Notes under the pieces: generated by a model
What the model saw: only the letters and a program-made list of their open reading frames with translations
Told to the model about the DNA's origin: nothing
Database searches by the model: none
Made by a program: the position numbers and the translations under genes
Shown: positions 12,978 through 24,344 of the stretch, in pieces
Layout: the number at the start of each line of letters is the position of its first letter
Position numbering within the stretch: position 1 is the first letter of the stretch
Assembly (NCBI RefSeq): GCF_001194135.2
Contig: NC_068982.1
Location: forward strand, 4,451,609 to 4,515,608
DNA from: Octopus bimaculoides
Taxonomy: Eukaryota
DNA: 64,000 bases
Direction of reading: 5' to 3'

Positions 12978-14215
12978 GGGGAGAGCGGGTCTAGTTGTTA
13001 CACGGAAAGTTGTTACAAGCCCATTGTTTCCAACTACAAGAAACAGGTGGCACTCGGGTCTCGACCTCGTGAAGGCCAACTCCATAGCATCATAACTGCA
13101 CATGTGTATTGCACTGGTGGGTTGTCACCAAAAAAGGTATGGCTCAAAAAACGATTTTTTACTCCAAAAGTGAAATTTTGCCACAAATTTATTTCCTTGA
13201 CTACTAATGCACAAGTGATGTTACTAAAGTAGTTTGTGACTCATTAGGAAGTATTGGAAGTTGCTTTCGATACATGAAGGTGTATCCTGGATGCCATGCA
13301 TTGCTAGTGCTGTGAATGAGGTAATCCCCAGAAATCCATGGTTGAGGCTAATTGTTACAGTGTATCAACTTACCCCAGGCATGTAACAACTTACCCCTTC
13401 TATTTCAGTTTAAGACGCCATGCCTAGAAATTACAAAAGGAAGACTACAAGGGGGGATACCCCTCCTGATGTTATGGAAAGAGCCGTCAGAAAAGTTGTG
13501 GATGAAAAGAAATCATTATGGGATGTTGCCGTAAAACAGCGCTTGGTGGATGAACTAAACGAACGGAAATCCAAACCAAAGAAGGCAACAAAGGGGAAGA
13601 GAAAGTCAATTAAGACAGGTAAAGGGAAGCAAGCGAGTCACCGATTGGAAATGCCTTGTCTGCTCAGATTGGTAACTCCAACTCCCTTCCAGGTGAAGAA
13701 TGGGCGCAGTGCATGATCTGTAAAGACTGGGCACGCGCTGACTGTACCGAGGGACGACATGACTTTCTGTGTGACCTGTGTGGTGAGAAGTCATTGGAGG
13801 ACGATTCCGACTAGATGGCACATGTAACAATGGAGAAATTGGCTGATGAGGACTCTCAGTATCACAGTTAGGATATGAGGTGGTTCCAAGCACAGTTAAT
13901 TAATTAAAATAATACTCCCTAGATGCAAGAAGCAGGAGACGTATTCATTTTAAACTTGTTTGTTAACATAATTCCAAGTTATCGACATTTGTAACAAAGT
14001 ACCCCAGTGAGTGTCAACGAACCCCGCATTCGGGGCAAATTGTTACAACTGATAACACCTCATTAATTAGAACCTGTCTAATTAATGTTATGTAATTTCT
14101 GTAAATAGAGATGTTTTACTAGTTAAATCTGAAAAGAAATTTCAGCTGTGTTCATTTATGTGGGTGCCAAGGCAAAAAAAAGCAAAATAATGTAACAACT
14201 AGACCCGGTCTCCCC
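12978..14215 (+). mobile_element. Non-autonomous pogo-like (Tc1/mariner superfamily) DNA transposon with intact TIRs and TA TSD
   Basis: TIRs GGGGAGA(G/C)CGGGTCTAGTTGTTACA at 12978-13002 and 14191-14215 (1 mismatch), TA at 12976-77 and 14216-17, internal TGTAACAAC/TTGTTACA motif repeats. Confidence 0.88.
13420..13814 (+). pseudogene. Internally deleted pogo-like transposase: HTH_psq start fused to a C-terminal PHD-like finger; DDE core missing
   Basis: MPRNYKRKTTRGDTPPDVMERAVRKVV (psq-type HTH start), a basic stretch, then after one frameshift CLVC...CMICKDWARADC...FLCDLC (C4HC3 spacing, H replaced by R), stop at 13812-13814. Confidence 0.75.
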
Positions 14216-15145
14216 TACACTAAACTAGAACTTATGGAAAATATCCCATGAGGCTATCAAATTATTAAATATAGAACAGAAGGAATATAATACAAACAGC
14301 TGTCGACGATGAAGAGCAAAATCACTTATTTACTATCTTGAAGGAAGGTAGCAACTATTACATAACCGACGGGATATTGTTGTGAAGATTCATTAGAAAA
14401 CGGTGCCTCCCAATCGAAGCGTTAGTTTCTGGGAACGATAATGTCTCCTTAAAATTAATAATGAAATTAATCAAATATAAAAATTCAGAAGTAAAGTTAA
14501 CCAAAATTTACAGAATGGAAATGGAAGCACTCATTATAATTACAGTTGGTTACTTACTCATTAAAAATAATGTAAGCAAATACACAGTTGTATCATCAAG
14601 ACTAAAACTTATACATAGCGTACAGGAAATAACATTACTGTGTTATATAACACACATATTATTTAAAGTAATTTCGATTCAACAAAAAACACAAAAACTA
14701 TAACAAAACTCTGTATTTAGTGAAAGTACACAAAGATAATCTCGGTTATGCATTGATTCAATAACAAGATTACTAAAAATTACCAATAAAAACGTACGTA
14801 TGTATGCAAAATAACAAAGAAAAGATTATCAAGAAACCTAAACCCAACACTATAATTAGCAAAAAAAAAAAAAAAANNNNNNNNNNNNNNNNNNNNNNNN
14901 NNNNNNNNNNNNNNNNNNNNNNNNNNNNNNNNNNNNNNNNNNNNNNNNNNNNNNNNNNNNNNNNNNNNNNNNNNNNNNNNNNNNNNNNNNNNNNNNNNNN
15001 NNNNNNNNNNNNNNNNNNNNNNNNNNNNNNNNNNNNNNNNNNNNNNNNNNNNNNNNNNNNNNNNNNNNNNNNNNNNNNNNNNNNNNNNNNNNNNNNNNNN
15101 NNNNNNNNNNNNNNNNNNNNNNNNNNNNNNNNNNNNNNNNNNNNN

Positions 15146-15177
<32 letters not shown>

Positions 15178-15584
15178 CATGTATTGTTTTTGTAAGCTAG
15201 AACTGCAAAAACAACGAGCAGATTAACAATAGGACACAAGCGAAAATAAAGGAACCAACTAAGATCAAAACCACAGCCATTCAGAAGAATATCAACCATT
15301 TCCATTAATAAATCGAACTGCTTGAAAAGCATCTTCCAGCAACTCAAAGACGTATGACGATTTTCATAGAGTGAGCCTAATGCGAGCTCATTACAAAATA
15401 AGACGACACTGGCTTCAGAAGCCGTGTCCTCTGAAGAGGTTAACTTCTATAAAAACACACGTCTCCTATTTTTGTGTGCGCACCAAAGTAACGATAAGAT
15501 TTGAGAATAGTTTGTTGGACAAGTTTTACATTGCTGTCAAACACAGCTGCAATATCCACGGCGAGATAAGTGTTGTGACGTGAC

Positions 15585-15855
15585 TGGTCCTCCGTCGGTT
15601 ATGACGATGAGGGTCCCAGTAGATCCGATCAACGGAACACACCTCCTTGTGAAATTATGGTGCAAGTGGCTGAACATTCCACACACACGCGTACCCGTAA
15701 TGTAGTTCTCAGAGACATTTAGCGTGGCACAGAACGTGACCTAACTGAGTGGACTGGGAGCAATTTGAAACAATGTGTCTTGCTCAAGAGACACAACGCA
15801 CCGTCGGGAATCGAACCCATGACCTTACGATCGCGAGCCGAATACTTTAACCACA
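15585..15855 (-). mobile_element. SINE family C (internal deletion)
   Basis: Collinear with the 27866 copy. Confidence 0.85.
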
Positions 15856-16390
15856 AAAGCGAAACAAATAGGAAAACATGTTTATTGAAATACACTAAGA
15901 AATGAAGGAGTTTCACAATGAAAAGATACCAGAAGAAGGAAATATGTATATATAATGTAAAATATAAGAAAATATTGTATATATACAAAGGAAATACAAC
16001 TTAACAACTGACAACAAAACAATATGAGTTTAGCATGTGGGTGAAAGCGAAACAACAAAATTAAGTTTTGAATAGAAGCAAAAGAAAATGGAATGATCCA
16101 CGTTTGTACAGCTGAGTTGTATTCTATATCATGTCTATTTTATGTGATTACTAAATACAAACATACTGCGTGATGAAATAGCACAGAGTTATCAAATAAG
16201 CAAGAAATAATAAACACACCAGGATAACAAAACTAAAGGAAATCCTTTTCATTTAAAAATATATCAGTTATGTATATATATACATGGAGAAATCAATTAG
16301 CACAAAAGAAAAAAAAAGAATAAAGCCCTATTGACCATGTCAGAATATTCAATGAAATTTTACAGTGATTCAAAAGCAATCACGATATTT

Positions 16391-16600
16391 ATTTCTTTAT
16401 TGCCCACAAGGGGCTAAACATGGAGGGGACAAACAAGGATAGACAAAGGGATTAAGTCGATTACATCGACCCCAGTGCGTAACTGGTACTTATTTACTCA
16501 ACCTTGAAAAGATGAAAGGCAAAGTCGACCTCAGCGGAATTTGAACTCAGAACGTAGCGGCAGACGAAATACCACTAAGCATTTCACCCGGCATGCAAAG
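16391..16600 (-). mobile_element. SINE family B, tail iii
   Basis: Approximate 14-bp TSD GC(A/G)ATCA(C/A)GATATT at about 16377 and about 16601. Confidence 0.88.
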
Positions 16601-16807
16601 CGATCAAGATATTAAGATACAACAACACTTGGTTGCGAAGCGTCTCCTCTAAGAGGAGAAAAACATCGAAGAAAAAGTCTCGTGTTGGTGCTAGTGTCGA
16701 AAGTTTGAAGAAATTTAGAGAACGGGGAGCAGACGAACATAATAAAAGAGGGATATTTCTGGTGGAGAGGGAAAACAAACGGAATAGGGAAAGAAGAATA
16801 AGGCAAG

Positions 16808-16902
16808 GCTTTGTGGTAAAACGTTTGCTTCCCAATCGCATGCTCCCGGGTTCCCACATCTTGTCAGTGGATTTGGTAGACAGAAACAGAAAGAGGACCG
16901 TG

Positions 16903-16905
<3 letters not shown>
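16808..16905 (+). mobile_element. SINE family A, deleted 5' part
   Basis: GTGGTAAAACGTTTGCTTCCC...GTGGATTTGGTAGAC. Confidence 0.7.
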
Positions 16906-16939
<34 letters not shown>

Positions 16940-17901
16940 TTTACTTCNNNNNNNNNNNNNNNNNNNNNNNNNNNNNNNNNNNNNNNNNNNNNNNNNNNNN
17001 NNNNNNNNNNNNNNNNNNNNNNNNNNNNNNNNNNNNNNNNNNNNNNNNNNNNNNNNNNNNNNNNNNNNNNNNNNNNNNNNNNNNNNNNNNNNNNNNNNNN
17101 NNNNNNNNNNNNNNNNNNNNNNNNNNNNNNNNNNNNNNNNNNNNNNNNNNNNNNNNNNNNNNNNNNNNNNNNNNNNNNNNNNNNNNNNNNNNNNNNNNNN
17201 NNNNNNNNNNNNNNNNNNNNNNNNNNNNNNNNNNNNNNNNNNNNNNNNNNNNNNNNNNNNNNNNNNNNNNNNNNNNNNNNNNNNNNNNNNNNNNNNNNNN
17301 NNNNNNNNNNNNNNNNNNNNNNNNNNNNNNNNNNNNNNNNNNNNNNNNNNNNNNNNNNNNNNNNNNNNNNNNNNNNNNNNNNNNNNNNNNNNNNNNNNNN
17401 NNNNNNNNNNNNNNNNNNNNNNNNNNNNNNNNNNNNNNNNNNNNNNNNNNNNNNNNNNNNNNNNNNNNNNNNNNNNNNNNNNNNNNNNNNNNNNNNNNNN
17501 NNNNNNNNNNNNNNNNNNNNNNNNNNNNNNNNNNNNNNNNNNNNNNNNNNNNNNNNNNNNNNNNNNNNNNNNNNNNNNNNNNNNNNNNNNNNNNNNNNNN
17601 NNNNNNNNNNNNNNNNNNNNNNNNNNNNNNNNNNNNNNNNNNNNNNNNNNNNNNNNNNNNNNNNNNNNNNNNNNNNNNNNNNNNNNNNNNNNNNNNNNNN
17701 NNNNNNNNNNNNNNNNNNNNNNNNNNNNNNNNNNNNNNNNNNNNNNNNNNNNNNNNNNNNNNNNNNNNNNNNNNNNNNNNNNNNNNNNNNNNNNNNNNNN
17801 NNNNNNNNNNNNNNNNNNNNNNNNNNNNNNNNNNNNNNNNNNNNNNNNNNNNNNNNNNNNNNNNNNNNNNNNNNNNNNNNNNNNNNNNNNNNNNNNNNNN
17901 N

Positions 17902-18505
17902 GAATTCCGTCTACCCTCACCTTAGAAGTCTTTCTTCCAAGGTACGTGGGTAGAAGTACTACTTCCTCCGTTTTTACAGTTGTACTTACCAGCCTCTTTG
18001 CCTCTTCCGCTGTCCTAAATTGGACAAACACCGTCCCATATCTATTTCCTTTCTCTATATATGTCACTTCCTTCGAAAGCCTCTTCAGAGCTTTTTCTAC
18101 TTTTTCCATCTCCATCCGCTCCACCTTCCTACTCTCCACTGCGTACACCTTGTAGGTAATGGTGTTCTTTTCCATATTTACCATAACCCTTTTCGGGGGT
18201 AATAACTTTACGTCACCGCCCACCTTCTGTGTCATCTTACGCAGTTCCTTCAGTCCGGTTAGGTCCACTTCCCTTTTCTTCACCTCTGCAGCCTCAGCAA
18301 AACATTTTACTCTTTCCAAATGCTCGTCCATTCAGTTTACCGCCTTAACGAGCTCCTCCTCTGCTGAGGACAGTTCATACTCGCTAAGGTCCGAATAATT
18401 CCTTTCCACCGGTACAATACTTACCGACAAACTGCTGTCAGGCAGCTCAAAAAATTCCGTCCGTATCGTCAAAAATCAACACAGCGAATAGATCGACGCA
18501 TGCGC
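17902..18505 (-). mobile_element. Tx1/L1-like LINE, copy A: 5' UTR plus ORF1 N-terminal half, running into the gap
   Basis: Starts GCGCATGCGTC. Translation YSDLSEYELSSAEEELVKAVN*MDEHL...GTVFVQFRTAEEAKRL...LPTYLGRKTSKVRVDGI is RRM-like ORF1 with one stop. Clade call is by resemblance to the remnant at 22200-23345. Confidence 0.7.
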
Positions 18506-18520
18506 GGAAACAAGCTTCTT

Positions 18521-18898
18521 TATTTCAATATTTTGCCATAAAGGCATTACATAGAGGGGACACTACAACACATGTGGGGACATATAACAATGTGGGGAGG
18601 GTGGGTCTGAGTGGTCTTTTAGGTGGGATGGAGTTGAACTGGGGTGCCACATCATACGCAGTGTTCTTTCTTTTTTCTCTTCTTCCTTCTACTCTCTGTT
18701 ACTCTCCATTCTTCCTCCATCTTCTCATACTCCGACAGACCAGCCAAGTCCAGCTGCCTTCGCTTCACCTCCGTGGCCTCAGCAAAACTCCTTGTCTTCT
18801 CCAACACTCTGTCCATCTTTATGATCGCCCTTACCAGCTCCTCCTCTGCTGAAGACAACTCAGTCTAAAGTTTGAGTACATCATCTCTACCCTCAAAG

Positions 18899-18934
<36 letters not shown>

Positions 18935-18986
18935 NNNNNNNNNNACACAAACGACAAACCAAATGCACTCTGGGTGACGCATGCGC
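18521..18986 (-). mobile_element. Internally deleted Tx1/L1-like LINE, copy B: 5' UTR + ORF1 start fused to 3' UTR with AATAAA; 15-bp TSD
   Basis: Same GCGCATGCGTC start as copy A. SSAEEELVRAIIKMDRVLEKTRSFAEATEVKRRQLDLAGL matches copy A at 25/40 aa. 3' end reads ...GTCCCCTCTATGT...GAAATAAA. Flanked by AAGAAG(C/T)TTG(T/C)TTCC at 18506-18520 and 18987-19001. Confidence 0.72.
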
Positions 18987-19022
18987 GGAAGCAAACTTCT
19001 TATCAAACAGCTACGCCTGCGC
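18987..19022 (-). mobile_element. 5' 36 nt of a family A SINE head, interrupted by the Tx1-like insertions
   Basis: Minus strand GCGCAGGCGTAGCTGTTTGATAAGAAGTTTGCTTCC matches the SINE A heads at 446 and 42593, which continue ...CAACCACATGG. Confidence 0.8.
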
Positions 19023-19109
19023 TTATATATATTTGTGTGTGTGTTTATGTGCGTGTGTGTGCGCTCTTATATATATATATGCGTGTGTGTAAGTGTATGT
19101 TTATGTGCG

Positions 19110-19315
19110 TGTGTTTGTGCTCCGCCACTACTTTCCAACCAGTGTTCGTATGGTGACGTCCCGGTAATTTCGCGGTTCGGTATAAGGGAGCGATACAAAA
19201 ACTGCGGGCTCAAAAAAGAAAGCAATGGGCTGGATTCGTTCGACTACGAATTCTTCTTCCTGGCGATATCCCACCATGGCCACAGCCTAATGAATGAAAC
19301 AAGTAAAAGAAACAA
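19110..19315 (+). mobile_element. SINE family A, diverged 3' half
   Basis: ...CATGGCCACAGCCTAATGAATGAAACAAGTAAAAG tail. Confidence 0.6.
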
Positions 19316-19319
19316 AAAT

Positions 19320-19900
19320 AATGAAACCTGATAACAAAACATATGCAGATTCATGGTAAAGAATGAAAAAGATGCTGCAAAGGAAATAAAATAACAAATA
19401 GAGAGAATTCACACATAAAATAAAGCAAAAGAACAGACCACACCCCAAAGAATATGCTTTTAAAATCCGATGAAAGCATCACAATAGAATCTATCATACA
19501 GGAAGGACATAAAAATTCGCAAAAGAAAGAAAAATACACAGTTGTAGCAGGGACAAAAACAATAAATGAAACCTAAAATGAAAAGAAGTGACAATAGAAA
19601 AAAACCTGCCGGGCAAGGAAATCAACAAGGCTGTAGAAGAAAATAAAGCAAAATGAAAATAAAGACGAATTGAGTTCTAAAATGATGATCAAGATCATAG
19701 ATGTCTCCATAGAAACATTGACCCAAAACAAAAGTATCATTTCGTCTTCTCGTTTATGAACAAACCGAACTGAATTAGACCTATTCAGCAGATATAAATA
19801 ACTAACAAGGAAAATATATAAAAAAATTCAAGGAAAAACGAAGACGCCTGTTTCGTCTTGGAAAATGGAGAAAAGAGCGATATCGAATATATACAGGATG
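19320..19900 (+). repeat. Unclassified old repeat, homologous to 25380-25920 (-)
   Basis: KMMIKIIDVSIE here versus KMRIKIIEVTIE in the other copy. Confidence 0.4.
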
Positions 19901-20317
19901 TTGCAAAAGTAGGTATACAGTTATGAAAAGAGAAAACAGTTTCGATAAAAGTATATTATAATTATGATAAATGTATTACGATTAATGACACTGAAAATAT
20001 CAAACATGAGGCGAATTTAATGTGAAAATAATTTTAATGAATTAAGTATTACAACATTCATGCGATACGTACTGTAATATCTACTTTTGTAACACCTGTA
20101 TACACACACACACACACACACACACACGGTATATAAAAATACTCCCTCAAACTAAAAGAAAGATTTAAGCAAATATGAACAACACAACGTAGGATAAGAC
20201 ACTTGGAAATGCATGGATACTAACTCGGCAGAAACAACGCATTGAAACATGGAGAAAAGAAATGGTATTGAGGCATTGCCAAAGCAACGGAATCTTTTAT
20301 ACTTTTCCTTGTTTCAG

Positions 20318-20489
20318 TCATTAGACAGCGACCATTGAAGAATTTTAGCCGAACGAATCGACGCCATTGCTTATTGTTGTCAGCCTGGTACTTATGCTGT
20401 CGGTCTCATTTGTGGAACCGCTAATTTACGGGGACGTAATCACGCCAACATCTCCTGTCAAGCTGTGGCGGGGAACACAGTTGCAAAGG

Positions 20490-20520
<31 letters not shown>

Positions 20521-20765
20521 AACACGCGCATATATATATATTTACAGAAAAACAAAAGACGAAGACAGGTGTATAAACAACAAACGGGTGTATTAGCTTG
20601 ACGCTCGGGAAGGTGAGAAAATCTTTTACATTTAGAGCCTACGCTCTTCAACAGACAGGAACACGAGGAAATAAACAGAGAAAGAATAAAAGGAACTTGT
20701 GGATTTAACGGTCAATTTGTTTATATATATATGAAGGGTTTCTTTCAGTTTCCTTCTACCAAAAA
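20318..20765 (-). mobile_element. SINE family A interrupted by the pLTR-like fragment
   Basis: 3' half at 20318-20530 and middle part at 20715-20765. Confidence 0.7.
20535..20700 (-). mobile_element. Penelope-type pLTR-like fragment with hammerhead-like motif, inserted in the (TA)n middle of a SINE A
   Basis: CTGTTGA-A-GAGC-GTAG-GCTC-TAAA-TGTA at 20654-20627; related copy at about 63860-63990. Confidence 0.45.
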
Positions 20766-20769
20766 CACC

Positions 20770-21057
20770 CAACAAAATTTCAGGGCTTGTGTCTATAGTA
20801 GAAAAGATTATTATTGTTATTATCATTATTATGGTGCTTAATGCGGCGAGCTGGCAGAATCGTTAACGCGCCTGACAAAATGCTTAGCGGCATTTCGTCC
20901 GTCTTTACGTTCTGGGTTCAAATTCCGCCGAGGTCGACTTTGCTTTTCATCCTTTTCGGGTCAATAAATGAAGTATCAGTCAAGCATTGGGGTTGATGTG
21001 ATCGACTGTCCCACTCCACACAAATTCCAGGCCTTGTACCTATATTAGAAAGGATTA
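20770..21057 (+). mobile_element. SINE B tail fragment (20770-20812) followed by a full SINE B (20839-21057)
   Basis: Tail i motif precedes a new head. Confidence 0.8.
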
Positions 21058-21064
21058 TTGTATT

Positions 21065-21770
21065 GTGTTTGCAAGTAACAGACGTCGATTCGGCGCTCGT
21101 TTGTTTGTTTTCGAATGTTTGTTTTCGAATTGTGTAATTTTGAATAGAGTAATTGTTTGTTCTTGTTGTACTATTTTGGCATTGAACCAACTTGTATCTA
21201 TTGAGATTAGTTGTCTTCACGAAATTTTCGTCACATCGTGACAATTTTTGATAGTTTAAGAAGCGAAAGTAAAAATGACATCTCAAACCGAGGGAGGAAA
21301 TGTTGAGAGAGCCATTAACAGAGAATATTTGAATGACAATAACAACGACAGCAACAATAAGAAAGATGACAAAAACAATATAAATGAAAAAGGAACGCGA
21401 AAGCAACACTCATCACATCTCACATCTCACACTGCTACAACTACTAGCAAGAACATTGAAACATATTCGATTTCCACCGCCACAACCACCACCACCACCG
21501 ACGCCGCCACTACTGCCATCGCCACCACCACAAGGACAATAAGATGATAAACACTAAAACTTGCTAAGTGGAAATGGACTCGCAAATGTATGCAGAAAAC
21601 CAGAATTAGTTTTGTTTATCTGAAGAAGAGAGATGTTGTAAGTCATCTCATTAAAAATAGCAGAAGAAAGAAAGGAATAAATTCAAGATGGCACCCAACG
21701 AAGCGACTGGAGCGAGCAACGTAAGCTGAGCTGAAAAGTGATTGATGACTTATTCCTGATTCTAATATAC
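21065..21770 (+). mobile_element. Possible Dong/R4 5' end (low-complexity N-terminus and KWT motif)
   Basis: Low-complexity ORF 21275-21547 is followed by KWKWTRKCMQ and EQR motifs resembling R4 N-termini. Confidence 0.3.
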
Positions 21771-21789
21771 CATTCTTTTTTTCTTTTAT

Positions 21790-22178
21790 TCTGTTACTTG
21801 TTTCAATCATTTGATTACAGCCATGCTGGGGCACCGCATCGAAGAATTCTTAGTCGAATGAATCGACCCCAGTATAGTTTTTTAAGCCCGGTATTCATTC
21901 TATCAATCTCTTATACCAAACTCTAACTTATGAGGACATAAATACATCTACACTGGTTGTCAAGTGGTGGTGGTCGGGGACACTCACACAAAGACACACA
22001 CACGCACACACACACACACATACATACACACACTTATTTGACTAATTTTTTTCAGTTTCTCTCAACCAGATTCGCTTACAAGGATTTGATCGGCCGGAGG
22101 CTATAGTAGAAGACAAAGTGCCACAGTGTGGCTGAACCCAGAACCATGTGGATGAGAAGTAACACAGCCACGCCTACA
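21790..22178 (-). mobile_element. SINE family A
   Basis: Collinear head, body and tail. Confidence 0.85.
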
Positions 22179-22199
22179 ATTATTGTCGGAGTGTGGCAA

Positions 22200-23345
22200 A
22201 AATAAAAGCGTTGAAGTACTATGTGAAGTAGATACCTCCTTGTTTGTGGCGGCCGTAATATAAGGTAAAGCAAAACAAGAATTCTACAAGTTCAGTCTAA
22301 GAAAGGATATAGGAATGGAACTATTAATCTAAGTAGATCAAGTAAACATAAAGCCCATCCCTGACTCGATCAACTCCCAAGTAGCTGGAAGCTGTCGTCG
22401 CTGTTGAGAGCAGAATATGAGATATCATATATTTATGGGGATGCAAGCCATCTAAAAGCTTTCTGCCCACTGTAAAAAAAACAACCAAAAACAACCACAG
22501 CGCTACCAAAAACAACAACAAGAGAAAGACATTCCACAAAAACTGAAGTAGACATCAACAAAACAACACGGGAGAAAAAGTATCGCCAACACCACAACCC
22601 AATGAAACCCAATCTAGAGTAACGAGTCTTTCAGGTCGGCAATTCACGATACGCCAGTCACATGCACTGTCGCACTGGGAACGGCTGGTGTTAATCCCAT
22701 CTGCCCGAGGAGGACGTATTGATGCGGTGCGACGGCGGGAAAAACACACAGACACACACACTCGTCGTCACCAACGAGCTCACCTTTCATAATTGCTACT
22801 TGCATTGGCAATAACTACCACACTACAAATATGATTACACGCAATTGCCCTGACATACCTCTTCTGCCACAAGTTTATTTCATAACGAAAACTCACCTGG
22901 TGAGCGAATCTTTTGCAAATAACAAAACACCAGAATGGATATTTTGGGCAAGAGAAACCCAAGTAAGATATAACGACTGAAAGCAATATCTGAAAGCAGT
23001 GAAAATGTTTCAGCAGGATCATCCAGATCGCATTTAGATGGAGTTCTCTGCACACAGTAGTTAGGGATAGCATATATTGTCCAGAATTTACAATGGCAGG
23101 CTACATAGACCACAAATTTATAATTTCTGCGGTTGACCTAAATAGAATTCATAGATAGGGACCCGGCTACTTGAAGCTGAACGGCTCTTTCTTGGTGCGG
23201 CAATCTTACAGAGACAGGATGAGTAAATTAGTTAAGCAGCCTATAACAGGAGCAATCGTCAACAGCAGATGGTGGCTCACCCCCGAAAAGCGATTAAAGC
23301 AGAATCGATAACGTGCAAACTTATACTACATCGTATCTTGTTTTA
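22200..23345 (+). mobile_element. Degenerate Tx1/L1-clade LINE: ORF1 C-terminal half and ORF2 APE endonuclease/linker
   Basis: Frameshifted translation gives a zinc-knuckle relic (YIYGDASHLKAFCP), GSSRSHLDGVLC, YIDHKF and GPGYLKLNGSFL...YRDR (L1/Tx1 GYWKLN motif). Confidence 0.7.
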
Positions 23346-24344
23346 AATGTAGACATTGACATGGCTACTGACTCGAAAGTATTAGGGAATATATTCGGAC
23401 TTGATACGTGTGCGCAACCAGAAAAGTTGTTAAATTTTCATTGAACTAGTTACATTTTCTGCGTACTATGTAGCGGCTTTTCTAGTTTTAGCTTTGAAAC
23501 TGTGCGTAGTTAGTCATTGTTGCTGCGCAGCAAAAATCAAGCCTGTCTCATTTTTAGAACAGATACCTTGAGCCATTGTTTGCTTTCATTTCTGTTGACT
23601 TTTTCTCGATTGAATTTTGTGGGTATGGACTATGCAAATGTTTTTCTCTCCACTTCTACTTTAGAATATTTTAGAATTCCCTATTTACATTGTAATCTCA
23701 GATGGCGTTTTATTCATTTAAACGTTTATCTTCAATACAGTTAGTTTGTGTTGTATTGTTTTTCCTGTTCCCTTATTGTTACACTAATTAGAGTCCATTT
23801 ACGTGCTTCCAAGTTTTCCCAAAACCTGTTGTTGCTATTTTACAATTTTATAAAAGTCTTGTGCGTATATTAAATGCTGCTCTCAATGAACGAATACTGT
23901 GTATGTGTATATATACACATAGTGGCATATATATAAATATATGTATGTATATATATATGTATATATATATATATGTATATATNNNNNNNNNNNNNNNNNN
24001 NNNNNNNNNNNNNNNNNNNNNNNNNNNNNNNNNNNNNNNNNNNNNNNNNNNNNNNNNNNNNNNNNNNNNNNNNNNNNNNNNNNNNNNNNNNNNNNNNNNN
24101 NNNNNNNNNNNNNNNNNNNNNNNNNNNNNNNNNNNNNNNNNNNNNNNNNNNNNNNNNNNNNNNNNNNNNNNNNNNNNNNNNNNNNNNNNNNNNNNNNNNN
24201 NNNNNNNNNNNNNNNNNNNNNNNNNNNNNNNNNNNNNNNNNNNNNNNNNNNNNNNNNNNNNNNNNNNNNNNNNNNNNNNNNNNNNNNNNNNNNNNNNNNN
24301 NNNNNNNNNNNNNNNNNNNNNNNNNATATATATATCTGTCTCTT

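Larger units (their letters stand above)
12540..14710 (+). mobile_element. Degenerate Dong/R4 non-LTR element (RT C-terminus to RLE), split by the pogo insertion (pieces about 12540-12975 and 14218-14710)
   Basis: EIKEK..YNRCSRLILKPEL, LDWRLNELTRL..TKRL, LELLYL before the pogo; HNRRDIVVK and KLIKYKN...VQEITLLCYITHILFKV (R4 RLE C-terminus) after it. Confidence 0.65.

Noticed and set aside
16715-18331. 538-aa gene spanning the gap
   Set aside because: Only the 143 aa right of the gap are meaningful (LINE ORF1); the left part reads through a plus-strand SINE.
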